The notes beneath the pieces are model-generated. The model made no database searches, was not told the DNA's origin, and saw only the letters and a program-made list of their open reading frames with translations. This document shows, piece after piece, positions 41,961 through 53,724 of a DNA stretch of 64,000 bases. Position numbers and translations under genes: made by a program. The DNA comes from the human T2T-CHM13v2.0 reference genome, Homo sapiens. Within the stretch, counting starts at the first letter, position 1. Every line of letters starts with the position of its first letter. The stretch lies in NCBI RefSeq assembly GCF_009914755.1, contig NC_060941.1; one strand, written 5' to 3'.

Positions 41961-44900
41961 AAAACCACACAGCTAAAATTGGGCTACTTGGAAGCTTCAA
42001 GTTGCAATTTCTTCTTGAAGATCCCTCTTGTGGGAGTGACTCTGGCATGGACTCTGCAGGCAAATGTTGGAGGCACATGTGGGAGCAGGCACCACACTGC
42101 AGCCGTCCATCGCTACATGCCAATGCTGGCAGGTGCCTTGAGAGAGATGTTTTACGTTTTTTTTTTAACTAGTTAATGTAGTCTAAAACACACTAATGTT
42201 TATTATACTGACCTAAAGACTCTGCAGTTGACTTCATATTGTACTTTCTTATCTTTAACAACATCGAATAGAAATGAACTGCTGATTTTCACACAAAGAA
42301 AATGAAACACTATTTGGCTCAGAATGCTATTATGGAGTAAAATACATATTAATCATATTAATAAATCAAGTAGACTACTTGGTTTCAGTTTTTAAAAAAC
42401 AGTGATACAAACAAAACCGACTATTTTGTATGTGATGTGGAACATTTATTTGTGCAATGACTCCTTCACAGTGCCTAACAGATATTAACCTAGAGGCTGT
42501 TAGCCTTGATGAGCTTAATTGTGATCTTAATAAATAATGAAGTAAAAATACCACCCTGAGTACCAATTAACACCTTGTCATTGAGGGCTTTATAATAATT
42601 TCCCAATTTATTGAGTTGATGTGAATAACTTGTGGAATCATTAACACTATTCTCTGACATTTAGATAAAAGTCAATTGTGGGTTTGGTTTTTATGTCGAC
42701 AAAATTAATATGTTTTATTTAGAATGCTGTGGAGTGCACTAAATATTATGAAATATTTTAGACCCATCACCCTGCCTCAAGTTAAAGTAAAAGACATTTT
42801 TGATAAATGAGTTGGACTATTTAAATGTGAAGTATGAGAAATTGCTTAGCCAAGAACGTCATAAGGCTCAAAGGTTACTAAGCTGACATGGATAACATGG
42901 AACATCTGGTAGTGATTAGAGACGTCTGATATTTCCAGTTCTTCCTCTTCTGTGCACAGGGCAGGGTTGTACTTCCAGGCCATCTTGAAAACCGACAACC
43001 TGTGTGATCCACTTTGGGCAATAAAATGTAAGCAGAAGTGGCATATGTCCTTCCAGGCAGATACATTTAAGAGCTAGGACAAGAGTCTCCATGTCTCTTT
43101 CACCTGCCAGTGACCAGGAGTGGTCCAGTGATAAAGACTCCAGCAGCCCAAATAAGGAGAAAGTAGACTGGTGAGAAAACTCTTGAAATCTGGATAAGAG
43201 GCAGCCCACATTATGCTGTGTCAAACCGTACCACACTGTTCCAGGCATTACAGTCAAAACCAGGAGCCCTGAGAAGAGCTTGGCCTGGACAACCAGACCC
43301 CTGGGTGCTCTGTTTCACCTCTAGCATATCAATTCCCTAATCTCATCCTCAGCTGCTCCATCAATAAAGTTGAGATGATAATCTGTATATTTAGGAAATG
43401 AGGGGATTCAACAGACAAATTCCATTTTCACCCCTAGTCCTTAAATGTGTGTCTTGGACCACATCACCATGGCCACCAGCAAAGACAGAGCGGGGGAAGA
43501 CAGTAACCAGAATCTACACTACCAAGCAAGCCAGTGACCCAGCATTATGCAATATTTGCCCAAATAACCAGCAGGGCAGGCCAGGAGACTTCTACGCACA
43601 TCCCGATAGCACCCCGAAAGCCCCAGGGGCAACTGGACAGTTCACTGTCATCAAGACAATTTCTTAGTTCTCATAATAAAACAGTTCTGCCCACCTCTCC
43701 TCCTTACACCTAGCCACATACCCAAACCTCATTCAAGAGTTTATCCTAAAATTCCAATTGATTCCAGGGAGTTACAAAGGACAAGAATAGACATCCCTGT
43801 ACAGTTTATTGGGGTTCAGAAGTTCCCCTGTGCCAAGCAAATATTAGGCATTGAGTGGGGACTGGTGATACAAAAGCTTGAAATAGTAAATTCCGTGTTC
43901 CCAAGTCTGAATGGAATCTGTTCATGCTCCTTTGTTGAGACATGTTAAGTAACCCTCCTTGAAATTATTCATCTGTTTTCCAGCTGGGCCCAGGATTGCT
44001 TATCCTTGCAACATGAACTTACAGAGACAAAAAAATAAAGATTCTGGAGCCTCCATTACAATGAAGACTCTACCAGGTACCAGGGACCAAACGAGATAGT
44101 CCACTGTGTAACTGGGCATGGTGACCCCGTCGCTGAATTCTGGTTTTGATTCTTTACTAAATTGTCAAAGTGACTTTGGGGAAATCATTTTCCCACTCTG
44201 TGCCTCAGTTTATACATCTGTAAATGAGGCATTTGAACTAGATTAATGACTCCCAAAATGGCTTTGGTTAAAAATTACCTGGTCACCTAGACCACTTCAG
44301 AAATAGAGAATTCGGGGTTTCATCTCTGAAGATTCTGACTCTGTATTTTGGTGTAGGTTAAGGCATCTCTTCTGCATTATTAATAATTGCCCCAGGCATC
44401 TGGATATTCCAGGAGGCAGGTCTGAAAAGACCAGTGCACTGGAGAGTCTCTGAGGTTTCTAGACACCTCACTGTAGGTTTTCTGCATGGTTCTTGCCCTC
44501 TAATTGGAATTCCATGATGGCTTCTGTTCTGACATTCCCACTTGCCAGTGCTAGCTTGTCATGAAGTAGCCGCACAACCTACAATAAATCATTTCACTTC
44601 TGTTGTTGTTTCATTTGTAAAGGGAAATACTTGAATAAATTAAATGCAACTGCCTCTTTCAACTCATTCTATAATATTGTGATCATTAAGGACAGTTGGA
44701 GCAGAGCTGAAAAATGAAAGCAGAAATTCTGCTTCCCAGGATGCTCTCCCACCTAATTTCACTCCTTGAGAACCAGGTAAGAATCTAGAAGGTCTGGTTC
44801 CATAGCAAGGTATACATTTCCTGCCCTTCATTCACAGACCGTTGTTTCTGATCTCAGGCTCTGCTCCATTAGCCACTGAGCCACAGACATATTTGTTCTA

Positions 44901-47399
44901 TATGTCCTATTTCACATAGTTGTGAAGTCCACCTTAGGAAACTGCTCATGAGGAAGCCACCGAAGAGAAAAGAAACAGGAAAGGCAGAAGGACCACTTCT
45001 CTGAACAACACAGCCAGGCCACTGGACAGAACAGCTGCTGAATTTGCATGCCCTAAGTTTCGTTTTAACTTTTTACATAAGGATTTCTCAAATTCAGTTT
45101 AAAAACAAGAGAGGGAAATTGCGTAATGAAAGCGGCTTGCCAACTGAGATTCCTAAACTCCCTGCAGAATTAGAATTCTGATGCCCCTTGGCATCTGTTA
45201 GCACTGGGATCTGACTTCCATTCCCTCTGAGTTCCCAGAGCCATCTAGTATTTTGGTTCATGGCAGGATCCCAGGATCTCACTTTGCTCCCGTTCCTGGG
45301 AGACACTTTTTTTTCCTTCATCCACAGCACAAATATTCCCCAAGGTCCATCCCTATAACACATCTATATCCACTTATCTTCTGGACACTACACCCACCTT
45401 ACTTAACTATTGATTACAGTTAGTTTATTGATCACCTACCATATGCTACTCACTCTTCAAAGCAAGTTTTGGGTATCAGATAATATTCATAAAATGCATA
45501 AAAATAAATATCAATTTCCGCACAAGAAAATTAAAGAATAGGTAGGAAATTGGAATATAAAGAAGTTAAATAACCTAAGCCTTCTCTGACAAATATATTA
45601 ACCAGTGTTCCCAGTATCCAAATGAAGACTTTTAACCATCATGCTATTCTGCCTGTCTATTTTAGGACTGACAGCCAGGAACACTTCTCTGACATTTCCT
45701 AGCATCTGAGCCTCTCTGCTCTTTGATTTGATTATTTGCAGACAATCACAGGTGAATCAAGTTAGAGAAGAGCTTAAGTACTATTTAATTCTGGAATAGG
45801 TTACATAGATGGTACCACTCCTTATTACTGTACTAATAGCAGACATCACTAATCAATCACAGCATTATATTCACGGTAATGCCTCATTGTTTTAGTTTTA
45901 CAACAAAACTTTCTAGTCATCTATCACCAATTCATAAAGTTGGCACATGATCAAAAACTACTTGTCATCCCAAAACCTGTCAAAACCCCATACTTCATAG
46001 ATGAGGATAGTGAATCTCAAAGTCAATAAGACTTGCCCAAGGCCACTTTGGGCAGGTTATTGGTGAAATCAAGACTAGACTCAAGTTCCTTGACACTTAA
46101 TTCCCTTCATTTTTACTAGCCTTTTTTGATTCCCAATAATTATAATTTTCATGACTATTTCTGTTGTCTGTGCATGGATGCACTTTTCGTTTGAAGTCAG
46201 CTCAGAGGAAAATTAACAAAGTCCTCAGGGTATTACATAAGACAATGGCTTTATTGCTGCTTGGAAAATACACACAAACTCCACCCCTAAACCAATACCC
46301 CCACCCCATGCACATACTCAGATTGATGCTACACAGTACACCTGGCAGAGAACCATCCCCTAAAATGATTAAAAAGCTGCCATCCTGAAACAACTCAATT
46401 TCCTTTCTGATTAAAGGAAATCCAAATGACACACATGTTCCATATACTGCAAATTCTTTACTGTTAAAAGTTCACATAGTAATTGTAATAAATGAAAAAT
46501 GCATGAGGTAAATGTTTAAAAATCTCTTCTGAATCAAAACAGTAAAAACCCACCTGATTTAAGAACAGGAGCATATTAACCACAAGAAAAAAATAAAGCA
46601 ACTAACATACATATTCAAAAGCAAATAAAGTAAAATGTAAGCAAAATAATGGTGAGCCTTTTGCTTCGATTTACTTTATTTCGAAGTATAATTCAATATA
46701 CTGTCCAGTAAAGTGCAGGCATTTTAAATGTAGAGTTTCATGAATTTTACATGTGTAGTTAACCATTTAACTACCTCTCTGATCAAAATCAGAGAGGGAA
46801 GCTTCCAAAAGTTTCCCTCATGATGTCCATACCTGCAAAGGAACCACTGTTCTAACCTCTATCACTGTACGTTTCTTTTGTCTTTTAACAAGAAAAATAT
46901 CTTCTTCTTAGCAACTATAAAATGTTTTTAAGAATAATACACTCACATTTAAGTGAAGGGGCAAATTTTCCAGCAATGTGTTCATTTGATTAAAAGTCTT
47001 AATAATATCCACATATTTTGATTTATTAATTCTTTGGCTAGAAAATTAAACGAAGACATTAATAATAATGTTATATCAGCTTTTCCACAAGTATTGTGTA
47101 AAACCATAAAAATGGAAATGGTATGATTCCCAACTATGGAGAAGTAAATTCTTAAGTTAATTATGGTGCACTGATATATATGAACTCCTATAGAGCTTTT
47201 AAAGTTCAAGATTATTGGGGAATATTTACTGTCTTGTGAGAAATCTAAACACACTAATTGAAAAGGCAGTATTCAATCTTGGATTTGGTGGTGAAATTTT
47301 AGATATACACCCTATAGTTCAACAATACATTGCCAATTACTAACCGATGTTATTTCTATAAAACAATGAGAATTCCTGAGGAACAAATTTTGTAATTGC

Positions 47400-49270
47400 C
47401 CCCTCTCCTCCCTTCCTAATTCATTCTGAGTCCAGAATTACCCTAACATCAAAACCAGATAAAGACATTACAACAAAAGAAAACTATAAACCAACAGAAA
47501 TCTATAAACCAAACTCATGAACAAAATTCTCAACAAAATATCAGCAAATAAAATCCGACAACATATAAAAAGAATTATAAGCTACAACCAAGTGGAATTT
47601 ATTCCAGGTATGCAAGGCTGATCCAGCGTTCAAAAATTGGTTGATATAACCCATCATATCAACTTTCTAAAGAAGGAAAATCTTATTATAATATCAATAG
47701 ATGGAAAATTTTTTTTGACACAATTCAACAGCCATTCATGATTTAAAAAAAAAAAACTCTCAGCAAACTAGGAATAGAGGGATACTTCCTCAGCTTTATA
47801 GAGTGCATTAAAAAAGACCTACAGCAAATATCATACTTAATGGTGAGAAACTAGATATTTTTCTCCTAAGATTGAGTATAAGGCAAGGATGTTTCTTCTC
47901 ACCACTCCAATTCAACATAATACTGGAAGGCCTAGCCAACACAACAGCACAAGACAAGAAAATAAAAATATATACAGATTAGAAAGAATAAATAAAACTG
48001 AATTTATTTGCAGAAGACATGATTGTCTGTGTAGAAAATTACAGAGAATCAGCAACAAAAAAAAGTCATGCCACTAATAAGCAATTTTAGCTACAGGATA
48101 CAAGGCTAATAGATAAAATTCAATAACTTCCTGTATATCAGCAATGAGCAACTAGAATTTGAAATTAATACACAATACTATTTACATTAACACCAATAAA
48201 ATGAAGTGTTTAGAAATTAGTCTAAGATGTACAATATATATGAGGGAAACTACAAACTTCTGATGAAAGATTAAAGACGATCTAAATAAATGAAGAGATA
48301 TTCCACATGTATGGATAGGTGGAGTTAATGTTGTCAGCATGTCAGTTCTTCCCAACTTGATCTGTACCTTCAACACAATCCCAGTCCAAATCCCAGCAGG
48401 TTCTTTTTGGATGTGATAGACTGATTTTAATGTTTATATGGAAAGGTTAAAGATCTAGAATAGCTAACACAGTACTGAAAAAGAATAGTCAGAGGACTAA
48501 CATTACCCAACTTCAAGATTTACTATTAGGAAACAGTAATCAAGACGGTGTGGTATTGGTGAAAGAATAGACAAATGGATCAATGGAACAGAATAGAGAG
48601 CCCTCAACAGATGAATGGATACATAAAATGTACTATATACATACAAGGGAATATTACTCAGCCTTAAGGATATGTAGCATATCATATGCTGCCACATAGA
48701 TGAACCCTGAGATCCTTACGCTAAATGACATAAGCCAGTCACAAAAGAAAAATACTATATGATTTCACTCACATGAGGTAGTTAGAGCAGTCAAAATCAG
48801 AAACAGTAAGTAGAAATGGTGGTTGCCAGGGGCTTGGGGGAGGGGAAACTGGAGATCAATAGGTATAGAATTTCTGTTTACAGATGAAAAGAGTTATTGA
48901 GACTGTTGCACAACAGTGTGAATGTTCTTAATGCCACTAAACTATGCACTTAAAAATGGTTAAGATGGTATGTGCATTTTTACCACAATAAAAATAATAA
49001 ATGAATAAAGAACAAAGGAAGTAATTAGCTATCAAACCACAACAAGGCACGGAGAAACCTTAAATGCATATTGCTTAGTGAAAGAAGCCAGTCTGAAAAG
49101 GCTGCCTACTATATGATTCCAACTATGCATATGATACTTGGGAAAAGACAAGCTCACAGAGATAGTAAAAAGATCAGTGGTAGCCAGAGATTTGTGGAGA
49201 GGAAAAAGGATGAATAGAAGAATACAGTGAATTCTTAGAGCAGGAAAACTTCTATATGATATTGTAATGA
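47400..49270 (+). mobile_element. Old L1M fragments (ORF2 RT region and 3' ends)
   Basis: Degenerate ORF2 (aaaagaaaactataaacca..., tttatttgcagaagacatgattg) followed by L1M-type 3'UTR segments. Confidence 0.8.
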
Positions 49271-49743
49271 TGGATAGATCAGGCCTGCAGGGGGAGTAGA
49301 TGAGGTCAGTCTTTTGCAAACCTGGTTCCTTCTTGCCACGCCCCGCCCACAGCCCCACTGTGTGTGAACCAAGAGAGTTGGAAGGCCTTCTGCAGACGGA
49401 CCCATTCCACCTGAATCTCCATGACATATTGGACTTCTCCATATAATTTCATTTGGAAAGAAACTTGAGCATCTAAATAAAATGTTTGGAAACCACCATG
49501 CTACAAGACCAGCATGTGCTGTCTAGTTCTTACCCTCTGTAACAGTAAGATTCTGGGGCATTAAGACTTAGTTCCAGGATTCTGTCATTCTGCCAACGTT
49601 CTGTGGCTGGGGTTCTAAAGGAGCTTGCCTGGCTTAGAACTGCAAGTGACTCTAGTGTGATGGAGAGCACCAGCAAAGCCTTAGGGCCCATCCCTGGCCT
49701 CCTGTTACCCACAGAGGGGTAGGCCCTTGGCTCTCTTCCACTA

Positions 49744-49962
49744 TGACGTCAGCTTCCATTCTTCCTTTCTTATAGACAATTTTCCATTTCAAGGAAATCA
49801 GAGCCCTTAATAGTTCAGTGAGGTCACTTTGCTGAGCACAATCCCATACCCTTCAGCCTCTGCTCCACAGAGCCTAAGCAAAAGATAGAAACTCACAACT
49901 TCCTTGTTTTGTTATCTGGAAATTATCCCAGGATCTGGTGCTTACTCAGCATATTCAAGGAA
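49744..49962 (+). promoter_or_regulatory. CCL8: CCL8 proximal promoter motifs: CRE, two GAS sites, kB-like site
   Basis: TGACGTCA at 49744-49751, TTCAAGGAA at 49788-49796 and 49954-49962, GGAAATTATCC at 49918. Consistent with known IFN inducibility, but motif-level evidence only. Confidence 0.55.
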
Positions 49963-50014
49963 GGTCTTACTTCATTCTTCCTTGATTGTGACCATGCCCA
50001 GGCTCTCTGCTCCC

Positions 50015-50021
50015 TATAAAA
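50015..50021 (+). promoter_or_regulatory. CCL8: CCL8 TATA box
   Basis: TATAAAA followed by GGCAG. Confidence 0.9.
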
Positions 50022-50111
50022 GGCAGGCAGAGCCACCGAGGAGCAGAGAGGTTGAGAACAACCCAGAAACCTTCACCTCTCATGCTGAAGCTCACACCCT
50101 TGCCCTCCAAG

Positions 50112-51517
50112 ATGAAGGTTTCTGCAGCGCTTCTGTGCCTGCTGCTCATGGCAGCCACTTTCAGCCCTCAGGGACTTGCTCAGCCAGGTAAGACCTCTCC
50201 CTTTTTAAGGGGAGACCAAAAGAGGAATTAAGAAGAGCCATTATGTCACAGCTCATTAGGAACAAAACCAGAACTAAAGGCTCAGGTCACTGAGGCTGGT
50301 TCCCTTGATCTTTCCTGACCCCAGTTTTGGGAGGAGACAGTGGAGCCGCTACAGCAACAACCCTCCCATTGTTTGGGGAAATAATCCAGAACGAAGAACT
50401 GTTTCTCACTGTGGGTGTAAAGGACATTTCAGGCCGTAGTGGAGAGGGAGAAACTATTGCCTGAAGCTTCAAATTTTGGTTATGGTTCAGTGTACCTTCC
50501 AGAACAGTGGCTGTGTAAAGAGGATGAGGACCCAGAGGAATCTCAGCGTATGGCATAGGCTAACTCTAAAGCCCATGAGGATGAAAGACTGGGAAGCAAG
50601 GTATTGGAACTTATGTTCCCAGTGTCAGAAGTTTTGGGTTAGTAGACAAGGACTAGCTTGTTACTCAAAATGTTTCCAAACCCAGTCAACAATGACGGGC
50701 CGCAGAGTTCAATAGAGGAAAGAGACTCACAGGCAACATTTTATCTCTGGGATCTGGACTAAGACACTGAACTTGGGATGGTGACTTCTTGGTCTTCTCC
50801 TTCCTTCTCTTCTTTTCCTTACAAATGCACACTTACGGTGGGTCCTAAATGTCTCATTCTTTGCAAAATTTCTTTCAGATTCAGTTTCCATTCCAATCAC
50901 CTGCTGCTTTAACGTGATCAATAGGAAAATTCCTATCCAGAGGCTGGTGAGCTACACAAGAATCACCAACATCCAATGTCCCAAGGAAGCTGTGATGTGA
51001 GTGGACAGTGCCTGGCACCCCCATTCAAAAGTTCTGATGGACAACATAGAGAAGTCAAGATTCATGTCCATATGAGTCGGATGCATATAACTTCTATCCA
51101 AAGGGCCCCTCTACCCCATAGAGAAACTCAGTCCATGAGAAGGAGTCCATAACTGCTCTAGGATTCCCTTCTAGGGGCTTGGTGAAACTAACCCAATATC
51201 TGTAGCCAGGACCCTGGAGGGTTTCACCTGGACAGCAAGAGCAGAGCTTCCTTCTGGAGCTTCTTCCTCCCACTCTTCCCCTCCCTCCTCTCCCGGGTCC
51301 GGGTCCTTCACCTAAGGACCAAGGGCTGATCAGTTCTAGGGACCAATGGCCCACAGTCCTGTGCAGGATCTTCAAAGTCTTCCATCTAATTGTGCCCTCT
51401 CTCCCCCACAGCTTCAAGACCAAACGGGGCAAGGAGGTCTGTGCTGACCCCAAGGAGAGATGGGTCAGGGATTCCATGAAGCATCTGGACCAAATATTTC
51501 AAAATCTGAAGCCATGA
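50112..51517 (+). CDS. CCL8: C-C motif chemokine 8 (MCP-2); join(50112..50187,50879..50996,51412..51517), 99 aa; Lys69 allele, apparent Val49
   Basis: Encodes [25 protein letters not shown] | [40 protein letters not shown] | [34 protein letters not shown]. 300 nt with GT-AG introns. Confidence 0.98.
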
Positions 51518-52984
51518 GCCTTCATACATGGACTGAGAGTCAGAGCTTGAAGAAAAGCTTATTTATTTTCCCCAACCTCCCCCAGGTGCAGTGTGACATT
51601 ATTTTATTATAACATCCACAAAGAGATTATTTTTAAATAATTTAAAGCATAATATTTCTTAAAAAGTATTTAATTATATTTAAGTTGTTGATGTTTTAAC
51701 TCTATCTGTCATACATCCTAGTGAATGTAAAATGCAAAATCCTGGTGATGTGTTTTTTGTTTTTGTTTTCCTGTGAGCTCAACTAAGTTCACGGCAAAAT
51801 GTCATTGTTCTCCCTCCTACCTGTCTGTAGTGTTGTGGGGTCCTCCCATGGATCATCAAGGTGAAACACTTTGGTATTCTTTGGCAATCAGTGCTCCTGT
51901 AAGTCAAATGTGTGCTTTGTACTGCTGTTGTTGAAATTGATGTTACTGTATATAACTATGGAATTTTGAAAAAAAATTTCAAAAAGAAAAAAATATATAT
52001 AATTTAAAACTACTTAGTCTTATTCTTCTTGGGGTAACATTTAGCTGGGAGTGAGTTTTGGGCATCATGGGTGACAGTTTGGGCATGGACGGGCCATTTT
52101 TCAAGAATGTCTTCTGGCTACGCTGGACTCAACCAAGGTTCTCAGAGAACTTGGTGGGACCAGGCCAGGATGTTCCAGCTCTCTGACTCTAGTCCCTAAC
52201 TTCAGCAGCCCTGATTCGCTAGCCTCTCTTGTTTCTCTTGTTTATATATTATCCAGCCTAAGGTATTTTGTTATAGCTGCCCAAAAAGACTAAGATAATC
52301 TCCATCACTCTACCCCCAACCCCAATCCCAAGAACTTGCAAGCATCCATTTAAAGGCGTGGAACCTCTTCTTTTTGACAGCCTTTTAAGGTCAAGATTCC
52401 CCTGTACTTAGTGAGCTTAGCTGAATCTTCTTACAAACATGTGACCCGCCATATTGAGCCATACATACCAGAGCTTATTATTTTTCCAGCTTATTGGGAA
52501 AACACGTCTAAGGCAAACAAATTTATTGTACTGTTGAACCAACTCTGCAGGGCCTACTGTTAATGTTCATGTAAAGGTGCCACAATTCCAGTATATTTGG
52601 AAGTATAGAGAGGAAAGAGATTTGGGTTCTGCTCCTAAGAGTAACCTTAACTCTCTTGGTCACTTAGGGTGACATAATTTTTCCCTTCAGCATTAAGATG
52701 CCCCATCCAAAAATCAGGATCATACTGTGTCACAGGCAGGAAGTGAGAGGATCTAGCAGATGACTACACAAGTCCCTCCAGCTCTAGAGCCATGTCTCTT
52801 AGAAACAAGGTCATGTTTGTTGTCTGGGGTAGAGTGGGGACATAAAGTTCCTGGGATTAAAGCCATAAAGGCAGCCAGGGCCTAGCTTATTGGAAAAACA
52901 CATCTAAGTCAGATACCCCTTATTTGGAGACAAGCTTTCCATTAAAGTTCAAAGTAGTACACCCACAGTTCCAAGAGCAATAAA

Positions 52985-53330
52985 GCAGCTAAGTGTCAGA
53001 TGGACTAGAGGGGCACCTCCCAGGCAGGGTCCACAAAAAAGCTCCATCAAACTCTAAGCTCTTTCTTCAATAGCTTCAAGGTCAATTGGGCACAGATATG
53101 TGGGTCCTGGGCTTCATGAAATCCTGGACCACAAATCCCAAATTCTAAAGGCAAGAACACTCACACAAAACTGACACCAGGCCACAGCAAAAAGACACAA
53201 ATTTGTTCTTCTCAAATTTTACCCAGCTTCACTTTGGGATTATGTCATTATATTTCAAATGACAATGAGCATAATACACCTTAAGTAACATGTCATCTTA
53301 TTTAAGTGGTTGATGTTTTATGTGCCCTGA
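52985..53330 (+). pseudogene. Relic MCP-family intron 2 end, exon 3 and 3'UTR
   Basis: ag|CTTCAAG at 53074, then ...GTGGGTCCTGGGCTTCATGAAATCCTGGACCACAAATCCCAAATTCTAAAG aligns to exon 3 of CCL7/CCL11/CCL8 with the ADP-encoding segment deleted. tatttaagtggttgatgtttta (~53299) matches the CCL8 3'UTR (~51676). Confidence 0.8.
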
Positions 53331-53724
53331 CTTGAATATATGTGTTTTAAAAATCCACATCCTTCCATAAACTGGTTCAGATCTGTAAGCCCTGCTTTGC
53401 TGTCTTGTAAACTGGGGGAAAGACCTGGAAAGGTCACTCAAAGCTGACATACAACCTCAGGCTCACCTCAGTTTCACCCTCAGCTAAGGCTGACCATTTG
53501 TGGCAGTCCATGACTCACTTGATTCACTCAATATCTGCTTTCTGCCTCTTCTCACTTCTCACTTGCTGCCCCCAGGCTCCTCCTGGGTGTCATCTTGGGT
53601 CAGGAGTTGACTCCACTGCACACTTGTCCAAGTTTCAGAAGTGTGGAAGAGTGAACATTTTGGGTGGTAACCGTCCACAGTGAAGGGTGAAGGCAGATGT
53701 TCAAATGCTTCTGCCATCCCTTTT

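Noticed and set aside
44660-44785. Possible third relic exon 1 (tataat...ggagcagag...ATGAAAGC...CCAG|gtaag)
   Set aside because: Only short motifs match. The internal sequence and spacing do not align to the paralogs, the donor would be phase 0, and there is no signal peptide character.
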